Below are positions 38,546-51,095 of a stretch of DNA of 64,000 bases, piece by piece. Source of the stretch: Macrostomum lignano (Eukaryota). Below the pieces are notes generated by a model. It ran no database searches. It had not been told where the DNA came from and was given only the letters and a program-made list of their open reading frames with translations. Position numbers and translations under genes: made by a program. The stretch spans positions 248,001-312,000 of the forward strand of contig NIVC01000350.1 in NCBI GenBank assembly GCA_002269645.1, in the 5' to 3' direction. Each line of letters starts with the position of its first letter. Position 1 is the stretch's first letter.

Positions 38546-41500
38546 TCAGGGAGGCAGATAGAGTGACTGACAGATACTATTTAGCTGCCTGTAGGGGGGG
38601 GGGGGAAACACGGGGGTTTGGTGCTGCCACAAATCACAAGCGCGACAGCTGACCCGCAGCCAGCAAGGAGACAAGCAGTCCTGCTCATTCCGTTGTACAG
38701 GGTGTACAGCGCCCCTGACTTTCTCATAGTCATTCATGACGTACACATGTACACGCTGACGCGGTATCACTGAGCTGCTCTGTCCCTCCCCCCCCCGCCC
38801 AGACAAGCAATAAGACACTACGAGCTAACACAGAGAAGCATGCAAACAATGGAATACTTATAGTAGTATTCATATTAATCTTTCTAAAGGCTTATTGGGC
38901 TGAAAACTTGATCTGGAACGCAGATTCACCACCACTCTGGCCTGCATGATGGATCTGCACTATTACCCGCTGGATGTGCAAAACTGCACGGTGGAAATTG
39001 AGAGCTGTAAGATTTATATACCTGTCTATTCGATTATGTGTCTTATATTACTGTTTGAAGTAAGTCAGACTCCTTTATTCCCACCACGCGCAGACGGCTA
39101 TCCCAAGGAGGACGTCACCATGCAATGGAAGAACGGACCGTCCGCTGTAGACGGAGCGGACCGGGTGCGGATGCCGCAGTTCACCTTGGAGCACTTCGAG
39201 GTGGCCAGCACCACCATCTCGCTGTCCACGGGTGAGGCAGGGGTCTGTCTTTCTCGGACAGCTCTTACCGCCATTCGCTCCGCCATTCGCTCCGCCATTC
39301 GCTCCGCCATTCCCTCCGCCATTCCCTCCGCCATTCGCTCCGCCATTCCCTCCGCCATTTCCTTCCGCCTTAACTATCCACCATTTCCTCTACCATTCCC
39401 TCCGCCATTCACTGCGCCATTCCCTCCGCCATTCCCTCCGCCATTCCTTCCGCCCTACACCCCGCATTCTATCCGCCCTTCTGCCCTGCTGCAACAGGGT
39501 GTTACTTAATTCTCACTATTTGTCATTCTTCCCAATTCTTTCCCAATTCCCCAACCCATCGTTTCAGGCTCTTATCAGAGGCTGTCGCTGGTGTTTCGAC
39601 TACGCCGGAATGTCGGATTCTTTGTGTTTCAAACCTATCTACCCTCCATTCTCATCGTCATGCTGTCCTGGGTGTCCTTCTGGATCAACCACGAGGCCAC
39701 ATCGGCGAGGGTGGCCTTGGGTGCGGCGACTCAGCTGTCAATTTATTCCTGCGCTCGTGTCCAGTGGGGAATCCCTCATCGGGACTCGACAGTGCCTAAT
39801 GGGGAATCCCTCATCGGGAGGCGACAGTGCCTAATGGGGAATCCCTCATCGGGAGGCGACAGTGCCTAATGGGGAATCCCTCATCGGGAGGCGACAGTGT
39901 CTAATGGGAATCCCTCATCGGGAGGCGACAGTGTCTAATGGGAATCCCTCATCGGGAGGCGACAGTGTCTAATGGGAATCCCTCATCGGGAGGCGACAGT
40001 GTCTAATGGGAATCCCTCATTGGGAGGCGACAGTGTCTAATGGGAATCCCTCATCGGGAGGCGACAGTGTCTAATGGGAATCCCTCGTGTCTAGTGGAGA
40101 ATCCCTCGTGTCTATTGGGGAATCCCTCGTCGGGAGGCAACAGAGTCTATTGGGGAATCCCTCGTGTCTAGTAGGGAATCCCTCATCGGGAGGAGACAGT
40201 GTCTAGTGGGGAATCCCTCATCGGAAGGCGACAGTGTCTAGTGGGGAATCCGTCATTGGGAGGCGACAGTGTATAGTGGGGAATCCCTCATCGGGAGGCG
40301 AAAGTGTCAAGTGTGAAATCCCTCATCAGGAAATCACAGTAGCGCACCTCTGTCGCATCCCCAGGCATCACCACGGTGCTCACCATGACGACAATCAGCA
40401 CTGGCGTGCGCTCCTCTCTGCCCCGCATCAGCTACGTGAAGGCCATAGACATCTACCTGGTGATGTGCTTTGTATTCGTGTTTGCCGCGCTGCTGGAGTA
40501 CGCCATGGTCAACTACACCTACTGGGGCGCCAGGGCCAAGCGGAGGAGGGCAAGACCGCGGCTGGCCGCCAGCGAATACAGCAACTATTCGGTATGCATT
40601 TGCAGCCAGTGCATTGCTTGTTGAGTTATTGTAATGGCAAATACTGCATGTATCTAGCAGCTCCTACCCTAGAAAATCTACCCCAGCAAATCTACACCAG
40701 CAAATCTACCCCACAGATACTAAAATAACTACAAGATGGGCCATTCAGGCATATATACTTAGTAAAACAGCTTTCTACTTTCAGTTCAGTAGCAAAGAAG
40801 AATACATAAGCTATTTTATAAAAATAAAGCCAGCTGAAATAACTTTGAAAAGTTTAGAAGCCCAAGCTTGCCGGCGTAAACAACTTGCTAATTGGTTCAG
40901 CAATAATGTACATTGGCCAGTCCACTGAAATGTACATGGCAGCTTCCGAGAAAGGCAATAAAATTACGGTGCGTCGGGGGGTAGTGGAAAGGCGCGGTTG
41001 GAGGGTTTACTCGTAAGCTGGTGTGGGTAAGAGCCAATAAATGACCCTTGGCTTTAAAATACATTAAAATGCTTTTGTTTAACTTACTACTGAATTAAAA
41101 GTAGTTTACACACAATTGTATTGAGTGGCCCATCTAGCTATTCTAGTATCTGTGGTTTACCCCGGCAAATCTAGACCATTTGCCACGTCTGCCGCATGTG
41201 CATGTACTCTAACTACATGTACGCTCGTATAGCACATCCAAAACGCATTCAACCTTCCTGCGCAGCTTCAACAATTATCCCATCTACAAGCGATCACCAA
41301 ATCCCTTTTTGCCTGCAGTAGTCATCAAGCCGAACCCTGTCGTCCACTCGCTGCAGGTGGCCTCGCAGCCGCTGCCGGTGTCTTCGGACGCCGCCTGCAT
41401 GTCGCCAATTCTTGGCCTCCGCAGCAGGCGAGCCACCGCCGCCACCACCGCCATCGCCGCGTCGGCCTCTGGAGCATCAGCTTCGGCTTCCGCTGTTGAG

Positions 41501-41926
41501 GACACCGACGATGACGATGGGGAACCGCCACCGCTGCTGCCGCCGCCGCCCAACGAGCCACCGCCGCTGCCAGTCTATCCACTGAGCGCCCACGTGCCCT
41601 GCCGTCGCCGCCGTCGCCACCGCGGCCCGCAGCCCAGGGGTAGCCGCAGCTGCAGCAGCCTGCCTCGCCTGGCCGACTGCGTTTGCGAGAACGTCGGCGA
41701 CGAATCTCCGGATGGCGACACGTCAGCTCGAGCGACGTCGATTAGCCGACGCCGACGGCGGCAACTACTGCTGCGGCGTCTGCGTAGGCGAGCCCGACAA
41801 TTTCGACAGCGACTGCCGCGAGTGAAGGACGTCAACAAGATTGACAAGTACTCCCGACTGGCCTTTCCGTCCCTGTTTGCCCTCTTTAACATGTGCTACT
41901 GGTGCTTCTACCTGCTCACTGGATAG
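32722..41926 (+). CDS. Lcch3: GABA-gated chloride channel beta-like subunit (LCCH3-like Cys-loop receptor); exons 32722-32869, 36258-36325, 37957-38183, 38924-39006, 39094-39231, 39568-39720, 40365-40591, 40921-41012 (inferred), 41266-41926
   Basis: Signal peptide, [39 protein letters not shown], Cys-loop [16 protein letters not shown]1-M3 ([49 protein letters not shown]) and M4 ([11 protein letters not shown]). Junctions are phase-consistent. Confidence 0.93.
32885..34500. repeat. 32-bp minisatellite (TATATCCCTCTACCCCATACTGTATCTGGCTG), ~50 copies
   Basis: Visible array starting about 15 nt after the exon-1 donor. Confidence 0.97.
34950..35800. repeat. 34-bp minisatellite (ATGCTGGCCATGCTGAGCAGTCCCCATTGACGCT), ~25 copies
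   Basis: Visible tandem array. Confidence 0.97.
36380..36900. repeat. 24-bp minisatellite (TCAGATGAATCCCCTCCAGATACT), degenerating 3'
   Basis: Visible array; 8-aa periodicity in the ORF track. Confidence 0.92.
38190..38545. repeat. (GACA)n microsatellite
   Basis: Starts 6 nt after the exon-3 donor. Confidence 0.98.
39268..39450. repeat. 12-bp repeat (CCGCCATTCCCT/CCGCCATTCGCT)
   Basis: Visible intronic array. Confidence 0.9.
39765..40330. repeat. ~34-35-bp minisatellite (GGGAATCCCTCATCGGGAGGCGACAGTGTCTAAT)
   Basis: Fills almost the whole intron between exons 6 and 7. Confidence 0.93.
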
Positions 41927-41959
41927 CCGCTGCGAATGTCCGCCTGCCTGACTGCCTTC

Positions 41960-41975
41960 CGTCTGTCTGTCTGAC

Positions 41976-42016
<41 letters not shown>

Positions 42017-42061
42017 GACTGTCTGTCTGTCTGTCTGTCTGTCTGTCTGACTGTCTGTCTG
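41960..42061. repeat. (GTCT)n microsatellite, left part
   Basis: Immediately after the channel gene stop codon. Confidence 0.97.
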
Positions 42062-43818
42062 ACAGAGTGTTCTACTGTCTGTGTGTTTACGTGGACTTTT
42101 TGGAAGTTTAGTAGCCTCGTTAGCTGGGCCACCCGGTGTAGGTAGACCACTTAGGTGGACCACCAAATAATTTTGTCTCTGGTGGGGTTAAGACGTTGAT
42201 GAGGATCTCACATTAATGTCAGGCGGGTCAAGAAAGGCTTAAGCAATTTTGGGATGTCTAGCATGGTTTTTTCCAAAGTTATTTGCATTTCAGTTTAGCT
42301 GGACCTCCAGCCTGGTCTACCTAAACTGAGCGAGTCTGGTCCACGTAAACCGAAAAATTTTAGAAAATTTTTCGAAAATCGTCTGTTTGTGTCTGTTTGT
42401 GTCTGTTTGTGTCTGTTTGTGTATAGCAGTTATTAAGCATAGATTCGATGCAAAACTGAATTTTTTACAGATCATTACCTTACGAACAAATGGCTATGTT
42501 AACATCATATTATGACCGCCACTGGCTTTAAAACAATATGCGTTCAACATCTTTGACATTCAAGTAGGTACGCAGGTTAAATTCTGAAACCTCGTATGCG
42601 AAATGAATTTGATACAGTAAACTTTAAACTCCATTTAATTAGCTCAGTTCCAGCAATTTCGGTATCGTACTCTGAGCACAGACTCACAGAGTAAGACACC
42701 AACGTAAAGAAATCCAATTCGCTAACCAGATCAAACGATAAAGACTCCGAGACAAGAAAGATATTTAAGTGAAGCCTAAATAGTACCGGTATTCTTCAAT
42801 GACTTCTCAAGAACTCCCAGTGGTCCTTGATAGCCACACTGTGTAAATGCGAATTTCTGAGGCTCTACCATTACACAAGAAGAAAATAGCAACTTCATGA
42901 ATTAAGTGCTTGCCAATTCTATCCTAAACACTATGGGATATCCTGTTCTATCCTCCTCCAATGTTGGAAGAAGAAGATCCTAAGCTGCAGCCTTTCAAGT
43001 GCAAAGTTGAAGATGCAATTTACCTAATTGAAAAGGACAATTCATACATGTACATGCAAAAGATTTGATCAAGAGGACGCAATTAAGAAGGGCCTTTTAG
43101 CTAGCGATTGGGTCTCTGACTCTCTAGCAAAAGGTCGACTTGATTGCGGTCCCAGTAAAACTAAGAACGCATTAACAGTCAGCCTAACACTCACTGTCTG
43201 TTTGGTCCACGTAAACACATGTGCAGGAGTATAGGGTTGGAACAGACAGACAGACAGACCTCCCTTTCTATAATTGGCTGGTTAACACTTAGGAGGATAG
43301 ATCCACCCCAACAATGGGACCGACCGCAGCCAATAGGAAACCCGCAAGCGTTCTGAAGGTAAGACAGTGGAGAGAGGGATATATAATGTCTAAGCGGGTG
43401 GTCCACGTAAACCATGGCGTAGTGAGACCAGACACAGACAGTTTAAAAGAAAGTACTTATAATCCATACTATACAACTCTAAAGGATTGCAATTGTATAA
43501 ATTAGAACGGTTTTTTATACTTAATAGGTCTAATGTTAATCATTACTCCAAGTTTCATCCATATATAAATTTATTGTGCCAAAAACTGTAATCTACAACC
43601 AAGATATGATGACCCGCAAAAAAGGACGCCAAGCCTAAAATAAAAACTAAAAAAACACCGTCGCAAAAAGCCACTGCGAAATCGAAGAAGCCGCATCGCC
43701 TGGTGAAAATCATCAGTCTGCTCGCAAATCCGTCGACACCGAGTCCAGAAAAGTGAGTTTCGTTTGATGATCTCAAAGTAGCTAGCTGCAAGGCCTGCAA
43801 CTCAATTGCTGTAGAGAA

Positions 43819-46800
43819 GCTGGTCCACCTAACCTACAGACACAACTCGAACAGATTTCTCTGTCTGTTTGAGGCTCTGGCTCTCAGAGCCGCTGAGAAA
43901 GTTTAGTGCCGAGAATGCTTCAGTTTGTTAGAATGCAATCAGAACATATTCCTAGAAAGTGAGCTAGTCCAGCATCAAGGCAGAACATCTGGATGTGTAA
44001 CGAGAGGCTCTCGGAGATTCCTGGCTCAGATTATCGCCTAGAAGTGCTATAGAATAGCTGGTCCACCTAACCTACAGACACAACTCGAACAGATTTCTCT
44101 GTCTGTTTAGAGCTCTGGCTATTAGGTGGTCCACATAACCTACAGACAGAACTGAAGCAGCTCTCTCAGTCTGTTTGAGGCTTTGTCTCTCAGAAGGTGG
44201 TCCACCTAACCTACAGACACAACTCGAACAGATTTCTCTGTCTGTTTAGGGCTCTGGCTCTCAGAGCCGCCGAGAAAGTTTAGTGCAGAAAATGCTTCAG
44301 TTTGTTAGAATGCAATCAGAACAGATTCCTAGAAAGTGAGCTAGTCCAGCATCAAGGCAGAACATCTGGATGTGTAACGAGAGGCTCTCGGAGATTCCTG
44401 GCTCGGATTATCGCCTAGAAGTGCTGTAGAATAGCTGGTCCACCTAACCTACAGACACAACTCGAACAGATTTCTGTCTGTTTGAGGCTCTGGCTCTCAG
44501 AGCCGCCGAGAAAATTTAGTGCCGAGAATGCTTCAGTTTGTTAGAATGCAATCAGAACAGATTCTTAGAAAGTGAGCTAGTCCAGCATCAAGGCAGAACA
44601 TCTGGATGTGTAACGAGAGGCTCTCGGAGATTCCTGGCTCGGATTATCGCCTAGAAGTGCTGTAGAATAGCTGGTCCACCTAACCTACAGACACAACTCG
44701 AACAGATTTCTCTGTCTGTTTGAAGCTCTGGCTCTCAGAACCGCCGAGAAAATTTAGTGCCGAGAATGCTTCAGTTTGTTAGAATGCAATCAGAACAGAT
44801 TCCTAGAAAGTGAGCTAGTCCAGCATCAAGGCAGAACATCTGGATGTGTAACGAAAGTCTCTTTAAGATTCCTGGCTCAGATTATCGCCTAGAAGTGCTG
44901 TGGAGTAGCTGGTCCACCTAACCTACAGACACAACTCGAACAGATTTCTCTGTCTGTTTGAGGCTCTGGCTCTCAGAGCCGCCGAGAAAGTTTAGTGCCG
45001 AGAATGCTTCAGTTTGTTAGAATGCAATCAGAACAGATTCCTAGAAAGTGAGCTAGTCCAGCATCAAGGCAGAACATCTGGATGTGTAACGAGAGGCTCT
45101 CGGAGATTCCTGGCTCAGATTATCGCCTAGAAGTGCTGTGGAGTAGCTGGTCCACCTAACCTACAGACACAACTCGAACAGATTTCTCTGTCTGTTTGAG
45201 GCTCTGGCTCTCAGAGCCGCCGAGAATTTTTTGTTGCCGAGAATGCTTCAGTTTGTTAGAATGCAATCAGAACAGATTCCTAGAATGTGAGCTAGTCCAG
45301 CATCAAGGCAGAACATCTGGATGTGTAACGAGAGGCTCTCGGAGATTCCTGGCTCAGATTATCGCCTAGAAGTGCTGTAGAATAGCTGGTCCATCTAACT
45401 TACAGACACAACTCGAACAGATTTCTCTGTCTGTTTGAGGCTCTGGCTCTTAGAGCCGCCGAGAAAGTTTAGTGCGAGAATGCTTCAGTTTGTTAGAATG
45501 CAATCAGAACAGATTCCTAGAAAGTGAGCTAGTCCAGCATCAAGGCAGAACATCTGGATGCGTAACGAGAGGCTCTTAGAGATTCCTGGCTCGGATTATC
45601 GCCTAGAAGTGCTGTAGAATAGCTGGTCCACCTAACCTACAGACACAACTCGAACAGATTTCTCTGTCTGTTTGAGGCTCTGGCTCTTAAATGGTCCACA
45701 TAACCTACAGACAGAACTGAAGCAGCTCTCTCAGTCTGTTTGAGGCTTTGTCTCTCAGAAGGTGGTCCACCTAACCTACAGACACAACTCGAGCAGATTT
45801 CTCTGTCTGTTTAGGCTCTGGCTCTTAGAGCCGCCGAGAAAGTTTAGTGCAGAAAATGCTTCAGTTTGTTAGAATGCAATCAGAACAGATTCTTAGAAAG
45901 TGAGCTAGTCCAGCATCAAGGCAGAACATCTGGATGTGTAACGAGAGGCTCTCGGAGATTCCTGGCTCAGATTATCGCCTAGAAGTGCTGTAGAATAGCT
46001 GGTCCACCTAACCTACAGACACAACTCGAACAGATTTCTCTGTCTGTTTGAGGCTCTGGCTCTCAGAGCCGCCGAGAAAGTTTAGTGCCGAGAATGCTTC
46101 AGTTTGTTAGAATGCAATCAGAACAGATTCCTAGAAAGTGAGCTAGTCCAGCATCAAGGCAGAACATCTGGATGTGTAACGAGAGGCTCTCGGAGATTCC
46201 TGGCTCAGATTATCGCCTAGAAGTGCTGTAGAATAGCTGGTCCATCTAACCTACAGACACAACTCGAACAGATTTCTGTCTGTTTAAGGCTCTGGCTCTC
46301 AGAGCCGCCGAGAAAGTTTAGTGCCGAGAATGCTTCAGTTTGTTAGAATGCAATCAGAACAGATTCCTAGAAAGTGAGCTAGTCCAGCATCAAGGCAGAA
46401 CATCTGGATGTGTAACGAGAGGCTCTCGGAGATTCCTGGCTCAGATTATCGCCTAGAAGTGCTGTGGTGTAGCTGGTCCACCTAACCTACAGACGCAACT
46501 CGAACAGATTTCTCTGTCTGTTTAGGCTCTGGCTCTCAGAGCCGCCGAGAAAGTTTAGTGCCGAGAATGCTTCAGTTTGTTAGAATGTAATCAGAACAGA
46601 TTCCTAGAAAGTGAGCTAGTCCAGCATCAAGGCAGAACATCTGGATGTGTAACGAGAGGCTCTCGGAGATTCCTGGCTCAGATTATCGCCTAGAAGTGCT
46701 GTAGAATAGCTGGTCCACCTAACCTACAGACACAACTCGAACAGATTTCTCTGTCTGTTTGAGGCTCTGGCTCTCAGAGCCGCCGAGAAAGTTTAGTGCC

Positions 46801-49355
46801 GAGAATGCTTCAGTTTGTTAGAATGCAATCAGAACAGATTCCTAGAAAGTGAGCTAGTCCAGCATCAAGGCAGAACATCTGGATGTGTAACGAGAGGCTC
46901 TTGGAGATTCCTGGCTCAGATTATCGCCTAGAAGTGCTGTAGAATAGCTGGTCCATCTAACCTACAGACACAACTCGAACAGATTTCTGTCTGTTTAAGG
47001 CTCTGGCTCTCAGAGCCGCTGAGAAAGTTTAGTGCCGAGAATGCTTCAGTTTGTTAGAATGCAATCAGAACAGATTCCTAGAAAGCATACATGCGCAACC
47101 TCCAAAATTCGGTCGGCCGTGCGACTTAGTTTTAACAAAAAATGCGACGTAGTTTTTGGCCAAAAATGCGACTTACCTGTAAAAGAAACCCTAAAGCAAA
47201 ATTAACGCAATTTTGGGTAAACGGCAGGAGTAACTATAACTGTCTTATAAGGGCTAAATGCCTCGTCATCTAATTAGTACTACGTATGATTCTTTCGGGT
47301 GGGCATTTTTGCGACTTACCTTGGTTGGCCGCCAAATCGGTCGGCCGGATCGGCCGACTCGGCCGACTGTTGCGCATGTATGCTAGAAAGTGAGCTAGTC
47401 CAGCATCAAGGCAGAACATCTGGATGTGTAACGAGAGGCTCTCGGAGATTCCTGGCTCAGATTATCGCCTAGAAGTGCTGTAGAATAGCTGGTCCACCTA
47501 ACATACAGACACAACTCGAACAGATTTCTCTGTCTGTTTGAGGCTCTGGCTCTTAAATGGTCCACATAACCTACAAACAGAACTGAAGCAGCTCTCTCAG
47601 TCTGTTTGAGGCTTTGTCTCTCAGAAGGTGGTCCACCTAACCTACAGACACAACTCGAGCAGATTTCTCTGTCTGTTTAGGCTCTGGCTCTTAGAGCCAC
47701 CGAGAAAGTTTAGTGCAGAAAATGCTTCAGTTTGTTAGAATGCAATCAGAACAGATTCCTAGAAAGTGAGCTAGTCCAGCATCAAGGCAGAACATCTGGA
47801 TGTGTAACGAGAGGCTCTCGGAGATTCCTGGCTCGGATTATCGCCTAGAAGTGCTGTAGAATAGCTGGTCCACCTAACCTAAAGACACAACTCGAACAGA
47901 TTTCTCTGTCTGTTTGAGGCTCTGGCTCTTAAATGGTCCACATAACCTACAGACAGAACTGAAGCAGCTCTCTCAGTCTGTTTGAGGCTTTGTCTCTCAG
48001 AAGGTGGTCCACCTAACCTACAGACACAACTCGAGCAGATTTCTCTGTCTGTTTAGGCTCTGGCTCTTAGAGCCGCCGAGAAAGTTTAGTGCAGAAAATG
48101 CTTCAGTTTGTTAGAATGCAATCAGAACAGATTCCTAGAAAGTGAGCTAGTCCAGCATCAAGGCAGAACATCTGGATGTGTAACGAAAGTCTCTCGAAGA
48201 CTCCTGGCTCAGATTATCGCCTAGAAGTGCTGTGGAGTAGCTGGTCCATCTAACCTACAGACACAACTCGAACAGATTTCTGTCTGTTTGAGGCTCTGGA
48301 TCTCAGAGCCGCTGAGAAAGTTTAGTGCCGAGAATGCTTCAGTTTGTTAGAATGTAATCAGAACAGATTCCTAGAAAGTGAGCTAGTCCAGCATCAAGGC
48401 AGAACATCTGGATGTGTAACGAAAGGCTCTCGGAGATTCCTGGCTCAGATTATCGCCTAGAAGTGCTGTAGAATAGCTGGTCCACCTAACCTACAGACAC
48501 AACTCGAACAGATTTCTCTGTCTGTTTGAGGCTCTGTCTCTCAGAGCCGCCGAGAAAGTTTAGTGCCGAGAATGCTTCAGTTTGTTAGAATGCAATCAGA
48601 ACAGATTCCTAGAAAGTGAGCTAGTCCAGCATCAAGGCAGAACATCTGGATGTGTAACGAGAGGCTCTTGGAGATTCCTGGCTCAGATTATCGCCTAGAA
48701 GTGCTGTAGAATAGCTGGTCCATCTAACCTACAGACACAACTCGAACAGATTTCTGTCTGTTTGAGGCTCTGGCTCTCAGAGCCGCTGAGAAAGTTTAGT
48801 GCCGAGAATGCTTCAGTTTGTTAGAATGCAATCAGAACAGATTCCTAGAAAGTGAGCTAGTCCAGCATCAAGGCAGAACATCTGGATGTGTAACGAGAGG
48901 CTCTCGGAGATTCCTGGCTCAGATTATCGCCTAGAAGTGCTGTGGAGTAGCTGGTCCACCTAACCTACAGACACAACTCGAACAGATTTCTCTGTCTGTT
49001 TGAGGCTCTGGCTCTCAGAGCCGCTGAGAAAGTTTAGTGCCGAGAATGCTTCAGTTTGTTAGAATGCAATCAGAACAGATTCCTAGAAAGTGAGCTAGTC
49101 CAGCATCAAGGCAGAACATCTGGATGTGTAACGAGAGGCTCTCGGAGATTCCTGGCTCAGATTATCGCCTAGAAGTGCTGTAGAATAGCTGGTCCACCTA
49201 ACATACAGACACAACTCGAACAGATTTCTCTGTCTGTTTGAGGCTCTGGCTCTTAAATGGTCCACATAACCTACAAACAGAACTGAAGCAGCTCTCTCAG
49301 TCTGTTTGAGGCTTTGTCTCTCAGAAGGTGGTCCACCTAACCTACAGACACAACT
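43819..49355. repeat. 238-bp satellite, ~19 long monomers plus ~65-72-bp truncated monomers
   Basis: Period measured at 43819->44057 and 44670->44908. Confidence 0.98.
47086..47382 (+). mobile_element. hAT-type MITE, copy 2 (297 bp), with internal 28S rRNA-like segment at 47215-47278
   Basis: Perfect 14-bp TIR CATACATGCGCAAC / GTTGCGCATGTATG; exact 8-bp TSD CTAGAAAG at 47078-47085 and 47383-47390. The other satellite monomers show the empty site. Confidence 0.95.
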
Positions 49356-49644
49356 CCTCAAGCACTCCTCAAGAACAGTTTAAAGCAATAAATTTTCTAC
49401 AACGAAAGAGGTCTAACTAAACCAACTGTTTTTTTGCGGTCCACCTAACCCGGTCCCCAAAACGTAGTTAGTGAACCACCACAGTTTCCACGAACTGGCT
49501 ATTCCGTCAAGTTAACAAAAAGATAACCCTAGCTAGCCTTTCGCGTTGTCAAAACAGACTCTATTTTTTAACCGGAATTGCGTGGTCCACGTAACGCATT
49601 AACATAACTCAGGTCCCGCTAAACACACAGACAGTCGTAAGAGT

Positions 49645-50275
<631 letters not shown>

Positions 50276-50822
50276 CATCTGTCTTTATATCGAATTTACA
50301 TCGTGACTTGGGAAAAAATGAAACTTGAAAACTGTATACTGAGCAAGTTTCCAGTACTGACATCAATGCAAGTTTGGTAGCTCCTCAGAAGTTGTGTGTA
50401 CTTGCGAATATAATCAGGCAACTACAGATATTTTTGTATGCACTGGCGCTGCTAGCATTTTTTCGTCAATTGGGGCGCAGATCAGATATTTGCAAAGAAG
50501 ATTCTAATTTCGACAAAGGAACAGAAAACTGCGTAATGTACAGTGCGCCCGTTTAGTTCAGTGTCAAAAGCAATTGATAAATAATAACATCAGGCGCGTG
50601 GATTGACAAGTGGGAAATTTAAAACAATTAAAACGTAATTAAAACAAAGAATAGGAGAACAATATTGCTGCAAAAAGTTCCGACTTGAGTTTACTCTGAA
50701 CGTTTTTACAAGTGTACGGCTGCCAAATAGCAAAAATTAAGATTAAATTTCTAAATATAGCTGCAAAAAGATTTTAAATTTAATAGTAGACAGGCAACAA
50801 GCATACGAGCGTATTTATCTTT

Positions 50823-51095
50823 CACTGAAGTATCTGGGGTATTAGCCACCTCACTGAAGTATCTGGGGTATTAGCCACCTCACTGAAGTATCTGGGGTAT
50901 TAGCTACCTCACTGAAGTATCTGGGGGATTAGCCACCTCACTGAAGTATCTGGGGGATTAGCCACCTCACTGAAGTATCTGGGGGATTAGCCACCTCACT
51001 GAAGTATCTTGGGGATTAGCCACTCCCGTACTGAAGTATCTGGGGGATAAGCCACTCCCATACTGAAGTATCTGGGGGATTAGCCACTCCCATAC
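50823..51095. repeat. 29-bp minisatellite (CACTGAAGTATCTGGGGTATTAGCCACCT), ~9 copies
   Basis: Period 50823->50852. Confidence 0.95.

Larger units (their letters stand above)
42074..49635. mobile_element. Putative ~7.5-kb non-autonomous TIR element embedded in a (GTCT)n tract
   Basis: Left end ACTGTCTGTGTGTTTACGTGGAC (42074-42096); right end GTCCCGCTAAACACACAGACAGT (49613-49635), 16 bp perfectly inverted. Repeated GGTCCAC(G/C)TAA motifs inside; same-orientation GTCT tracts on both sides. No transposase or clean TSD. Confidence 0.55.

Noticed and set aside
43600-43760. Lys-rich open stretch ending in a GTGAGT donor inside the putative TIR element
   Set aside because: No acceptor, partner exon or transposase motif identified.
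47171-47179. ACTTACCTG matches the U1 snRNA 5' end
   Set aside because: It is one of several TGCGACTTA(C/G) subterminal repeats of the MITE; no other U1 sequence is present.
47215-47278. Calling the 28S-like segment an rRNA gene
   Set aside because: Only ~64 nt, mutated, and enclosed in a MITE.
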